64,000 bases of DNA from an uncultured Actinomycetes bacterium (GCA_963755025.1 CAVWIH010000014.1:288001-352000); one strand, 5' to 3'. Positions 1 through 9,488 are shown, counted from the first letter of the stretch. A program made the numbers and translations. Notes: generated by a model from the sequence alone, not told the origin.

Positions 1-144
1 GCCCGCGTCGTGGCGCAAAGCGGACGGACGGTGTCCGGTTTTGAGGGCTTTTCCCGGGGCCGTGCGCCCGAAAACCGCAGGCGGCCTGCGCCGCGGCCGG
101 CTCCGGCGCCGGCGGGCCGAGCCGCACCGCGGCGGCCCTCGGCC

Positions 145-762
145 CTAGTAGGCGAGCCGCGCCTCGGCGAGCATCTGCCCGATCAGCCGCGTGCCGTTGG
201 CTACCGCAGCGCTCGTGGTCGCGCTGCCGTTGGCCAGCTCGCCCGCCGGTATCGGCTCGCCGATGCGCGCCGTGATGCGCGCGAGCGAGGGCCACTTGTT
301 ATCGGGCGGCAGGGCCTTGCCGGTGCCCGTGAGGTACAGCGGCAGGAGCGCCGCGTTGGTCTTGAGCGCGAGGTACGCGGCGCCGCCCTGGATCTCGTCG
401 CGGTCGATCCCTCCCTGGGGGAAGATGGCCACCGTGCCGCCTTCGCCAAGGATCTCGATCGCCCGTCTGAAGCTCGCCACGTTGGCGTGCTCCTCTTCGA
501 CCGGCAGGGAGCCGATGGCGCGCAGGTAGCGCCCGATGCCGCGCTTCTGGAACAGGTGTGCGGCGGAGAGAAAGGTGAGGCGCCGGCCCCTGAAGACGGC
601 GATCAGCACGAAGCCGTCGAGGTTGCTCTCGTGGTTGGCCACGATCACGAGCGGCCCCTTGGTGGGGATCCGCTCGCGGTCTATCACTTTGAGCCGGAAG
701 GCGCTTCTGAAGACCGGTCCGACGGCCAGCGCGGTGGCCGTATAGGGCACGAGTCGCGGCAT
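145..762 (-). CDS. Lysophospholipid/1-acyl-sn-glycerol-3-phosphate acyltransferase (PlsC family)
   Basis: NHESNLD (HxxxxD) and IFPQG motifs; probable ATG at 762 (ORF track extends to 900). Confidence 0.85.
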   Translation of the reverse strand: MPRLVPYTATALAVGPVFRSAFRLKVIDRERIPTKGPLVIVANHESNLDGFVLIAVFRGRRLTFLSAAHLFQKRGIGRYLRAIGSLPVEEEHANVASFRRAIEILGEGGTVAIFPQGGIDRDEIQGGAAYLALKTNAALLPLYLTGTGKALPPDNKWPSLARITARIGEPIPAGELANGSATTSAAVANGTRLIGQMLAEARLAY

Positions 763-915
763 CTGGCCGCCTGGGCGATCGCGAACGGGGAGAATGCTGG
801 GCCTGACCTTTACTGGTGGGTCGATGACTCCATGATAGTGCCGAAGTGGGGTCACCGCGTGCTTTTCTTGCGCCGTCGCCTCGGAGGCGCCCTTGGGCAT
901 GGGTCCGGCGGACGG

Positions 916-1575
916 TCAGTGGAGCAGCGAGAGCAGGCCTTTCGTGCTGTAGACGGCGCCCACGACGGCAAACAGCACAAGGAGCACGGGGCGATTGTAG
1001 CGCGCCACCCAGGCCTTGGCGCGGTCGACGTCGACGGCCCGGCTCCTGTGCGCGCCGAGCACCGCGGCGACGATGGCGACGGGCAGCGCGCAGGCGAGCA
1101 CGACGAACAGCGCCAGCGCCGCGGCCGCCTGCGCCGCGGTCACGCCGGCAGCCAGGATGTCGAGCATGGCCGGAGTCTGCATCTCGTAGTTGACGAGCAG
1201 CACGCCGACGACGACCGCGCCCAGCGGCCCCATGCCGGCGACCAGGCTCATCCAGCGCGGCTGGGCGGCCCCGGCCCGCCGGGGCCGCCGCACGAGCAGC
1301 ACCGCGAAAGCTGCCAGAAAGGCCAGACCGATGAGCAGCCAGGCCCAGCGCACGAAGGGCGTGCTGGCGCCCGAACTGGTCACAAGCGAGCCGCCGAAGA
1401 CCACCAGCACGAGCGTGCCGAACAGCGCCATGCCGCCGACCAGCGTGACGACGTAGGCCAGGCCGCACACCTGCGGCCGGCGCGTGGTCGACACCACCAG
1501 CGCCGCCAGCATGGGCACCGGGTTGATGGTGATGATGATCGCGACCGGCAGGATCTGCAGGAGGAGCGACGTCAT
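916..1575 (-). CDS. GAP/Sap family (glycolipid-addressing, LysE-like) membrane protein
   Basis: About 6 TM helices, N-terminal 'INPVP' and C-terminal 'W...YNR' pattern; paralog at 52755. Confidence 0.7.
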   Translation of the reverse strand: MTSLLLQILPVAIIITINPVPMLAALVVSTTRRPQVCGLAYVVTLVGGMALFGTLVLVVFGGSLVTSSGASTPFVRWAWLLIGLAFLAAFAVLLVRRPRRAGAAQPRWMSLVAGMGPLGAVVVGVLLVNYEMQTPAMLDILAAGVTAAQAAAALALFVVLACALPVAIVAAVLGAHRSRAVDVDRAKAWVARYNRPVLLVLFAVVGAVYSTKGLLSLLH

Positions 1576-1627
1576 CGGCGGACCGCCCGCGGCCGCGGGC
1601 CCAAGCGCGCGCTCACACCGGCCGGCG

Positions 1628-2995
1628 CTACGCGCCGACGCGCAGCGCCGGCCCCTGGGGCCGCGGCGAGCCGGAGAGGCTGAAGGCCAGGATCTGCATG
1701 TCGTCGCTCCAGCGCCCCGCGTAGGCGAGCGCCGCGTCGCGCAGACGCACGGCCACCTCGTGAGGGCCTATGCCGGGGTGATCGCAGAGCGCCTCGGCGA
1801 GGCGGCACTCGCCGAACAGCGCCGTGCCCACGCGCGCCTCGGTGATGCCGTCGGTGAAGAGCGCCACGCAGTCACCCGGCGCCAGCGCGACGTGCCCTCC
1901 GGGGTAGTCACAGGGAAACGTGCCCAGCGGCACGCCGAAGGTGGTCTCCAGAAAGCCGCACGACTGCGGGCGCACGAGCAGCGGTGCGGGGTGACCGGCG
2001 CTGGCGTAGGCGGCTTCGCCGGTGCTCAGGTCGAGCGTCAGCAGAAAGGCCGTCACGAACTGGTCGTCGGGGCCGTTGCGACGCAGCAGCAGCAGCTCGT
2101 TGGTCTTGCGCAGGATGAAGCCGGGCTCGGCGTCGACGAGCGCGAAGCTGCTCACCGCGGTGCGCACGGTCTCGGTCATGCCGGCCGCGCGCACGCCCTT
2201 GCCCTCGACGTCGCCGAGCAGCACGATCACGCGGCCGTCGGGCACGGTGAAGACGTCGTGAAAGTCGCCGCCCACGAGCTCGGGAGCGTGCGCGGTCTCG
2301 GTGACCAGCGCGAGGTCGAGGCCCGCGATGTCGGGCAGGGGATGGATGAAGTTCTCCTGCAGGGTCACGGCGATATGGCGCTGGGCGTGCAGCAGGTCGC
2401 GTTGCGCGCGTTGCTCTGACTCGTGGCGCTCGGCGTTCCACACCGCGCTCGTCGCCTGCAGGGCGAGCAGGCGGAAGACGCGCAACAGATCGCCGGCGAC
2501 CGGCTCGCCGTGGCGGCGCCCCAGCCCGACCAGCAGCCCCTTGAGCCGCACCCCCGCCACCACCAGGGGCGCCGTCCAGGCCTCGTCGTAGCCGTGCCGG
2601 GCGCAAAGCGCTGCGAACTCGGGCGAGCCCAGCGACGCGACGGCCACGAGCCGCGGCCCAGTGCGCTCGAGGTCGAGCGCGGCGATGTCGATGGGGCGCA
2701 GGCGGACGCCCGCGGTGTCGTCGACGATGCCCTCGGTGGCCGCCGCGCGCAGCTCGCCGCCATCGTCGGCCATGACGAACAGGGCGAAGGCCGGCAACCC
2801 GGTGAGGATGCAGCCGTACTCGACCACCTGCGAGGCCGCGCCGTGCAACGACAGCGTCGACGCGAGCAGCGCGCCGAGGTGGATGAGGCCTTCGAGGGTG
2901 CGTGCGTCGGGCACGCCGCTGTTGCCGGGAAGGTCTGACCGGCGGCGCAGCGGACGGACCGGCTGCGGAGCGTCCGACGCGCGACTGTCGCTCAT
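1628..2995 (-). CDS. GAF + SpoIIE/PP2C serine phosphatase (RsbU-like)
   Basis: GGDFHD, LGDVEGKG, SAGHP, FTDGITE and DDMQIL motifs; N-terminal GAF-like region. Confidence 0.9.
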   Translation of the reverse strand: MSDSRASDAPQPVRPLRRRSDLPGNSGVPDARTLEGLIHLGALLASTLSLHGAASQVVEYGCILTGLPAFALFVMADDGGELRAAATEGIVDDTAGVRLRPIDIAALDLERTGPRLVAVASLGSPEFAALCARHGYDEAWTAPLVVAGVRLKGLLVGLGRRHGEPVAGDLLRVFRLLALQATSAVWNAERHESEQRAQRDLLHAQRHIAVTLQENFIHPLPDIAGLDLALVTETAHAPELVGGDFHDVFTVPDGRVIVLLGDVEGKGVRAAGMTETVRTAVSSFALVDAEPGFILRKTNELLLLRRNGPDDQFVTAFLLTLDLSTGEAAYASAGHPAPLLVRPQSCGFLETTFGVPLGTFPCDYPGGHVALAPGDCVALFTDGITEARVGTALFGECRLAEALCDHPGIGPHEVAVRLRDAALAYAGRWSDDMQILAFSLSGSPRPQGPALRVGA

Positions 2996-3011
2996 GCGAC
3001 CCGCGGTCCCT

Positions 3012-4421
3012 CTAGGACGAGCCGCGGCCGGTGAGTTCGGCGAAGGCCTCGCCGAGCACGAACCCGTCGGAGGTGATCGAGAACTGGCGGATCGACGGGT
3101 CGTGATCGCTCGCCCTGGTCTTGATCACCGAGATGGCGCGCCTGATCTGCGAGTCGGCGCGCACGTAGCTGAGCAGCAGCACGTTGTCGGACATGTGGCT
3201 GATGCCCTGACGGGAGAGCACGGTGGTGGCGAACAGGTCGCCGATCTCGTGGGTCATGAAGATCGAGACGCCGTTGACGGCCATGGCCTGGGTGAGCGAG
3301 TACATGAAGTCGCGAAAGCGGCCGCCGCTCGGCGAGGCGGCCTGCAGGTCGTTGACGCTGTCGATGAGCACGCGCTGGGAGCCCTCGTGCAGAGCCCGGC
3401 GCGACACCCGGCTCACGAACTCGTCGATGTAGATGTCGACCGGCGAGACGTACATGAGCGTGAGCATACCCGCGGCGATGGCCTCCTCGATATCCCAGCC
3501 GAAGCCCTTGGCGATGCGCTGCAGCTGGGTGGGGTTCTCCTGCATGGTGGCGATCAGGCCTCTCTCGCCCATCTCGATGCCCTTGAAGATGAAGTGCAGG
3601 CCGAGCAGCGTCTTGCCGCTGCCGGGAGGGCCGAAAGCCAGCGTCGAGCTGCCCTTCCAGAGGCCCGCTGAGAGCATGGCGTCGAGGGCCGGCACGCCGA
3701 TGGCGCTGCGCGCCCCGGCGAGCTCGTAGTCGACGGGCACGTCGGGCGTAGTGAGGCGCGGGAAGAGCTCGATGCCGTCGCTGCCTATGCGAAAGGCGTG
3801 CTCGCCGCCGAAGAAGGCGCTGCCGCGCAGCTTGGTCACGCGCAGATAGCGCACATCGCCCACCCCGACCTTGTCGAGGACGAGCTCGATGATGCTGTCG
3901 GTCACGGCGAACTCGGGCAGCGCGGGGATCTCGTCGGCGCCGTACTCGCCCACCCAGAACGAGGTGATGGCCAGCGACGACAGCACTGAGGTCAGCACCG
4001 AGAGGCTGGCGCGGAACTCCTGCTCGGAGTCGGTGAAGGAGTGCAGCGCCTTGAAGCTGTCGATCACCAGGAACGCCGGCTGGTAGCGTTTGATGAGCCC
4101 GACCATCTCGTCGATCGCGGCGACGAGACCGCGCGTGCGCAGGGGCTCGCTCAGCTCCTGATAGATGATCGCCTCGCCGATCTGGGCCGGATCGAAGTAC
4201 GCGAACTCCTGCACGTAGCGCAACATGCGGTCGAGCGGCTCGGAGACCGTGCTGATGTAAAGCACGGGGCGGGCGGCCGAGGCGTTGTGAAAGGCGATGC
4301 TCTGGGCGAGCACGGTCTTGCCGGTGCCCGGCATCCCCATGAGCAGGTTGGTGGAGTTCGCCGGGAACCCGCCGCCCAGGATCTGATCGAGGGCTTCGTT
4401 GCCGCTTTCGATGCGTCTCAT
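3012..4421 (-). CDS. kaiC: Double-domain KaiC-like ATPase
   Basis: Two RecA-like domains: GMPGTGKT..LVIDS..KLRGS and GPPGSGKT..VLIDS..KTRAS; 'ISHMSD' at the KaiC phosphosite position. KaiC-like, not necessarily a clock protein. Confidence 0.85.
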   Translation of the reverse strand: MRRIESGNEALDQILGGGFPANSTNLLMGMPGTGKTVLAQSIAFHNASAARPVLYISTVSEPLDRMLRYVQEFAYFDPAQIGEAIIYQELSEPLRTRGLVAAIDEMVGLIKRYQPAFLVIDSFKALHSFTDSEQEFRASLSVLTSVLSSLAITSFWVGEYGADEIPALPEFAVTDSIIELVLDKVGVGDVRYLRVTKLRGSAFFGGEHAFRIGSDGIELFPRLTTPDVPVDYELAGARSAIGVPALDAMLSAGLWKGSSTLAFGPPGSGKTLLGLHFIFKGIEMGERGLIATMQENPTQLQRIAKGFGWDIEEAIAAGMLTLMYVSPVDIYIDEFVSRVSRRALHEGSQRVLIDSVNDLQAASPSGGRFRDFMYSLTQAMAVNGVSIFMTHEIGDLFATTVLSRQGISHMSDNVLLLSYVRADSQIRRAISVIKTRASDHDPSIRQFSITSDGFVLGEAFAELTGRGSS

Positions 4422-4437
4422 GGACCGAGGGCTCCCT

Positions 4438-5097
4438 TCAGGTGGTCAGCGCGGCATGGTCGACGGCGAGCATGTTCTTGACGAGGTCGATCAGCGCCGG
4501 CTGTTCGAGCGGCTTGAGCAGGAAGGCGTCGGCCCCCGCCGCCAGGGCACGCTCGCGCACGTCGAGCACGCTGAAGACGAGCACGGGGATCGGCGCCGTC
4601 TCGGGGTCGGCCTTGAGGGCCTGGCAGACCTTGAGGCCGTTCACGCCGGGCAGGATGACGTCGACGATGACGAGATCGGGATGCAGGCGCTTGGCCTCGT
4701 CTAAGGCGCGCGTGCCATCGAGCACGACGAGCACGTCGTAGCCCTCGTTGCGCAGGAAGTACTGTTCGAGCTCGGCGGTGATGGGGTCGCGTTCGGCGAC
4801 CAGGATCATGATGGCGCCCCTGCGCGCTGCCTCGCGTGCGACCCCCTGGACGTTGTCGAGCTCGTGGGCGAGCAGGCGGTGCGCGGCGCCCGCCTGCAGT
4901 CCGTCGTCGATCTTGGCCTTGAGGAATCGCAAACGCTCGACGTCGAGCTGGCTATAAAGCCGATGCCCGCCGGCGGTGCGAAACGGCTTCACGACGGCGT
5001 AGCGGCGCTCCCAGTAGCGCAGGGTGGTGATGGGGATGTCGGTCATCTCGCTGACGGCGTTGATGGCGTAGATGCCGATCTGGGAGCCTGAGTCCAA
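4438..5097 (-). CDS. MerR-type HTH + receiver (REC) domain fusion regulator
   Basis: LRYWERRY..RTAGGHRLYS (MerR HTH) followed by REC (VDVILPG, LLKPL); TTG at 5097 follows GGAGG (ORF track start 5118). Confidence 0.85.
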   Translation of the reverse strand: MDSGSQIGIYAINAVSEMTDIPITTLRYWERRYAVVKPFRTAGGHRLYSQLDVERLRFLKAKIDDGLQAGAAHRLLAHELDNVQGVAREAARRGAIMILVAERDPITAELEQYFLRNEGYDVLVVLDGTRALDEAKRLHPDLVIVDVILPGVNGLKVCQALKADPETAPIPVLVFSVLDVRERALAAGADAFLLKPLEQPALIDLVKNMLAVDHAALTT

Positions 5098-5293
5098 CAG
5101 TACCTCCAGTGACGGCAAGCCGCGGCGGGGGGCCGGGCTTCACCTCGACGAAACTGGACAAATACTAAGACGAACCTCGACGACGCGCAAGGTTCCTCAA
5201 GGTTTTTGGCGCTGGCCCGAGCGGTCGTCTCGTCACGTGCGGGCAAGGGGGAGGCGAGGTCCAGGCCGCAGCCGGCGATGGGGCGGCGAGCGT

Positions 5294-5584
5294 TCAGGCC
5301 GCGGCCGGCGCCGACTCCACGTCGAGCAGCCCGATGCCGGTCAGCAGCAGGTACTCGCCGCCCGCCGTGGCGAACTCGGTCGTGACGTCGCCGACAAGGC
5401 GCAGGCCGGCCATGGTCTCGACGACCAGGTGGCCTTCGTTGCCGATCGCCCTGTAGGCGCGCGACGGCACCTGATAAAGAGCGACGTGCCAGCCCCGCCG
5501 GGCGTGGATCAGCACGCCGTGGCCGAACGACACCAGTCGTCCGTTCAGCGTCACTCTGGCCAGCTGGTCGGCGGTCTCGACCAT
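5294..5584 (-). CDS. Small hypothetical beta-rich protein (paralog of 39040-39330)
   Basis: GAGGGG RBS; shares H.VLI...RGWHV.L..VPS and Y.LLTG.G.L with the 39040 ORF. Confidence 0.75.
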   Translation of the reverse strand: MVETADQLARVTLNGRLVSFGHGVLIHARRGWHVALYQVPSRAYRAIGNEGHLVVETMAGLRLVGDVTTEFATAGGEYLLLTGIGLLDVESAPAAA

Positions 5585-5693
5585 TCGTCACCCCTCTGGA
5601 GAATCGACAGCAGGGGATAGCGTGCCCACCGGCTCTTCTACGAATACACTCGTCGACCGTTGGAACGCGCAAGAGTGCGCACGGCGCCCGCGC

Positions 5694-6605
5694 TCAGCGC
5701 GGCGGGCCGAGGGCGAGCTCGGCGGCCCCCTCGAGGGCGAGGGCGGCGGCTTTCTCGAGGTCGAGCGCGAGCGCCGGCGGGTCGCCGCGGCGCCCGGGGT
5801 CGGTCGCCGCGTCGAGCTCGAGGACGCGGCGCAGCGCGGCGCAGGCCAGTTCGAGATGCTCGTAGGCAGGCTCGCGGGTGGTCAGGCAGCGCTGCAGGGC
5901 CTTGCCGCCCGACAGGCACACGCGGCTGGCCAGCGAGCGCGGCCAGCGCGAGATCAGCCGAAAGAGCTCGAGGGCGAGGGCGACGGCCAGCACGGCGTAC
6001 GCGGCGCCGAGCAGGGCGCCCTGATCGCCGAGCAGCAGGCTGCCCAGCATGAGCACGAAGATGATGGCCACGAGGTTCGTGCCGCAGCGGTCGTGGATGC
6101 GACTGAAGCTCATGACCGCCTCGGCATCGCGCAGGTCGGCCCCGGCTTCGTAGGCGTTCACCGCCTTGTGTTCGGCGCCGTGGTAGCGCCACACCGCCTT
6201 GCCCATGCCCTGGCGCAGGGCGATCAGCGCCAGCGCAAAGCTCAAAGCCTGCACGACCACGTAGCCGGCGAGCTCACCGTGCACGACGTCGGGGACGATC
6301 GAGCTTACGGCGAAGCTCGCCAGCATCGCCAGGGCAAGCCAGACGAGGAGCGCGGCAGCGGGGCGCACCCCATTGCGGCGGTGCAGCCCGACGGCCATGG
6401 CGATCATCTCGGCAAAGACGACGAGCGAGCGCACGACCGGGAGCCGCAGCAGCCGGTGGCGGTCGAGCACGGTGAGCACGGGCCCGTCGACGACCGAACC
6501 GTCGTCGCGCGCCCAGGCCCACCAGCGCTGGCTGCGCATGAGCACGCCGTTGCCGAACGCCATGCCGCCGACCCGGGCCGGGACGCGGCTCGCGCGCATC
6601 ACCAC
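5694..6605 (-). CDS. DUF1385 (YqhQ-like) membrane protein
   Basis: GGMAFGNGVLM, YHGAEHK, HDRCGT and TTREP motifs. Confidence 0.85.
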   Translation of the reverse strand: MVMRASRVPARVGGMAFGNGVLMRSQRWWAWARDDGSVVDGPVLTVLDRHRLLRLPVVRSLVVFAEMIAMAVGLHRRNGVRPAAALLVWLALAMLASFAVSSIVPDVVHGELAGYVVVQALSFALALIALRQGMGKAVWRYHGAEHKAVNAYEAGADLRDAEAVMSFSRIHDRCGTNLVAIIFVLMLGSLLLGDQGALLGAAYAVLAVALALELFRLISRWPRSLASRVCLSGGKALQRCLTTREPAYEHLELACAALRRVLELDAATDPGRRGDPPALALDLEKAAALALEGAAELALGPPR

Positions 6606-6871
6606 GCCCCTGCCGGCGTGAGCACCCGATTTGCAGCAAGAAACCTCATCGCTCTTTCACTATACACAGGCCGTGCCCGAGCGCCACCGCGGCTCGGGCG
6701 CGCGCGACGGCGGTGGTTTGCCGACGCGGCGAGCCGGTAAGAAGCCCCGAAGAGTCCCGTACGGGCGGCCGGCGCGGGCGGCCGAAGGGCGCCCGCCAGC
6801 GGCGCCCGGACGGGAAGATGCAGGCGAACATCGAGCGGCGCGCATCTTTTTGAGAATCGCACCACGCCGAG

Positions 6872-6915
6872 ACGCACACGAGGGACGGGCCGTGAGGCCC
6901 GTCCCTCGTGTGCGT
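6872..6915. terminator. Perfect 20-bp stem hairpin (probable terminator after the 36-aa ORF)
   Basis: acgcacacgagggacgggcc-gtga-ggcccgtccctcgtgtgcgt. Confidence 0.75.
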
Positions 6916-6933
6916 GCAACGAGCGGCCGCGCC

Positions 6934-7044
6934 TCAGTGGCGATGCACGCGACGCTCGACCATGTAGTAACCCGCGCCGACCATGGCCGCCCTGACCATG
7001 GTCGGTGACTTCTTCCACACGCGATACCAGGTTCGCACCGTCAT
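6934..7044 (-). CDS. 36-aa small basic protein (not in ORF track)
   Basis: GGGAGGA RBS then ATG; MTVRTWYRVWKKSPTMVRAAMVGAGYYMVERRVHRH*; strong hairpin follows. Confidence 0.55.
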   Translation of the reverse strand: MTVRTWYRVWKKSPTMVRAAMVGAGYYMVERRVHRH

Positions 7045-7188
7045 CTCAGATCCTCCCACCACGCTGGTTTTGCAGGACGTTTGTCGCCCGAAGCCCGACA
7101 CCTCTCGTTAAGGAACTACCCAGATCGCCCGCGGACGCGTCGTCCGGCGCCCGGTGACGCCGCGCCGACGCGGCGCGCGCGCAAGGGC

Positions 7189-8134
7189 ATGATCGTCGCC
7201 CTGCTCAGCGGGGCGCTCTGGGGCGCCTCCGCCGTCGTGCTGGGTGAGGCCCTGACGCGCCGCCCGCTCCTCGCCGCCGGCGCCCTGTTCGCCGCGCCCC
7301 TCGCGGCGGCGGCGCTGCACGACACGTTCGCCTTTCTCTGGGTGAGCACCGTGAACGCGGCCGCCGGACGCCTGCGCGAAGCGACGGCGGCGCTGCGCAC
7401 GCGCGACGGGCTCGTCGTCTGCCTGGCGGCCCTGATCGGCGGGCCGCTCGCCATGTCGACCTACCTGCTGGCCATCGCCTTTCGCCGGCGCGCCGTCGGC
7501 CGTGGCCATCTCGGCCATCTACCCCGCGCTGGGCGCGTTGCTCGGCTACCTCGTGCTCGGCGACCGCCTGGGCAGCCGCGGCTGGGTGGGCCTCGTGCTG
7601 GCGGTGGCGGGCGCTACCCTCGCCAGCTACGCGCCGCCGGCGGGCGTCTCGTCGCACTACCTGCTCGGTGTGCTGTTCGCGCTCGCCTCGGCGGCGGGCT
7701 GGGCCGTCGAGGGCGTGCTCGTCGCGCGCAGCCTGCTGCGCATGCCGGCTCTGGCCGCCCTCAACATCCGCGAGGGCGTCTCGGCACTCGTCTTTCTGGC
7801 GCTCGTCCTGCCGCTGTCGGGCGCCGCCATCGTGGCGGCCCGCACGGTCGCCTCGCCGACGATAGCCATCCTCGTGGTCGCCAGCCTCTGCGGCGCGGGA
7901 GCCTACCTGTTGTACTACCGCTCCCTCGACCTGCTGGGGCCCGCGCGCGCCATGCCGGCCAACAGCACCTACGTGCTGTGGACCATCGCCCTCAGCCTGG
8001 TGGTCACCGGCGACCCGCCCGGCTGGAGGCTCGTGGCCGGCGGCATCGTGGTCGTGGCCGGCATCACCCTGGTGGCGGCCGACGGCCGCGAGCCCGCGGC
8101 TGCGGCGCTCTCCGCCGGCGGCGCGGCCCGCTAG
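7189..8134 (+). CDS. DMT/EamA transporter, LicB (choline permease)-like; +1 frameshift near 7480
   Basis: LLSGALWG, HD.F, GGPLAM, SAIYPA, W.VEGV and NSTYVLWT match LicB-type DMTs; removing one T from the run at 7480-7482 joins the two ORFs. Confidence 0.75.
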
Positions 8135-8528
8135 CGAGCGCCGCGGCCCCCAGGTAGCAGGCCACCGCCGCGGCCGCCCAGGCGACCAGCGCGACCAGGA
8201 GCGTGACGGCCGTGGTGAGCTCCACGATGAGGGTCGCGCAAAGCACCGCGAACACGATCAGGCCCAGCGCCCCGTAGGCGGCGCCGCGCTCGTCTTCGAG
8301 CGCCTGTCGCCGCCCCTCCTTGCGCTCGATCATCGTGAGGGCCGCCGGCAGGATCGCCGGAAAGGCGAGGAACATGCCCCCGGCTCTGGCACCCGCGGCC
8401 AGACCGACGAGACCGGCGACCAGCGAGATGGCGGCCCCAAACGCGAACCGCACGACGAGCTCACCCGCGCGCAGCTTCTTGAGCTTCGCGGGGTCGTCGC
8501 CGAAGGAGCGCCGCAGCAGGCCGCTCAT
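8064..8528 (-). CDS. DUF3147-like small membrane protein
   Basis: RFAFGAAIS..GGMFLAFPAILPA; about 4 TM helices. Confidence 0.7.
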   Translation of the reverse strand: MSGLLRRSFGDDPAKLKKLRAGELVVRFAFGAAISLVAGLVGLAAGARAGGMFLAFPAILPAALTMIERKEGRRQALEDERGAAYGALGLIVFAVLCATLIVELTTAVTLLVALVAWAAAAVACYLGAAALASGPRRRRRAPQPRARGRRPPPG

Positions 8529-8869
8529 CGCAACACCGCCACATACCCGGCAAGCGCCACCGCCAGCCAGACGCCGCAGAGCCAGAGCGAACCCTTGAAC
8601 GAGCCCAGCCGCGCTACGAGCCGGCGCCCGACCAGGGCGGCGACAAGAAAGGCGCACGCCCCGACGATCATGCCCTGCGCTTCGTGCAGGCCGTAGTGGT
8701 GGCCCTTGGTGGCCACGACGATGGCGAGGTTGGCGAGGGCGACCGAGGGGGCGGCCGACATGATGCCGGCGAAACGCTTGGGCACGAGCACCTCGCCGAG
8801 CACCGCGAAGGCCGTCACGAACAGGCCCCCGATCAGCGCGCGGACCGCCAGCGAGACGACTTCGCTCAT
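8525..8869 (-). CDS. DUF3147-like small membrane protein
   Basis: GGLFVTAF...PKRFAGIMSAAPSVALA; 4-nt overlap with the next gene. Confidence 0.75.
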   Translation of the reverse strand: MSEVVSLAVRALIGGLFVTAFAVLGEVLVPKRFAGIMSAAPSVALANLAIVVATKGHHYGLHEAQGMIVGACAFLVAALVGRRLVARLGSFKGSLWLCGVWLAVALAGYVAVLR

Positions 8870-8990
8870 CGTGATCGCCCCCTCGCGCTCTCAGCCGGCG
8901 CGTCCGGCGTGACCGCGCCCTGCTCGAGCGCGCCTGCTGGAGGAGCTGGCGCGCCCTGCCGGGCGCGCCCCCACGCTCCGGCGGCGCGCC

Positions 8991-9488
8991 TTACGCCGCC
9001 GCCTCGTCTGCCGCGTCGATGCCCTGATAGGCCTGTCGCAAGGCGGCGATGTCGAGCTTCTTCATGCCCATCATCGCCGCGAAGGCGTGCTGGGCGGCCG
9101 CTGCGTCGTCTGAGGTCAGCATCTGGTCCATGAAGGCGGGCACGATCTGCCACGACACGCCGTACCTGTCGGTCAACCAGCCGCATGCCACCTCCTGGCC
9201 TCCCTGCAGGAGCTTCTCCCAGAGGTCGTCGATCTCTTCCTGGGTGTCGCACCTCACGACGAGCGAGATGGCGGGCGTGAAGGCGAACTGCGAATCGCCG
9301 TTCAGCGCCAGGAACTCTTCGCCGTTGATCGTGAACTGCACGGTCATGACCGACCCCGCGACGCCCGGCCCGCCTTCGGGGTACCGCGCCGTGCTGACGA
9401 TGCGCGCGTTGTCGAAGACCGAGACGTAGAAGTGCGCCGCCTCCTCGGCCTGGTCGTTGAACCACAGACAGGAGCTCATCTTCTGCAT
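8991..9488 (-). CDS. VOC family PhnB-like (3-demethylubiquinone-9 3-methyltransferase-like) protein
   Basis: CLWFNDQAEEAA, ALNG, CGWLTDRYGVSWQIVP, MKKLD. Confidence 0.9.
   Translation of the reverse strand: MQKMSSCLWFNDQAEEAAHFYVSVFDNARIVSTARYPEGGPGVAGSVMTVQFTINGEEFLALNGDSQFAFTPAISLVVRCDTQEEIDDLWEKLLQGGQEVACGWLTDRYGVSWQIVPAFMDQMLTSDDAAAAQHAFAAMMGMKKLDIAALRQAYQGIDAADEAAA

Noticed and set aside
3012-4421. A true circadian clock (kaiABC)
   Set aside because: No kaiA or kaiB is nearby, the C-terminal KaiA-binding tail is missing and the ST phosphosite pair is incomplete.
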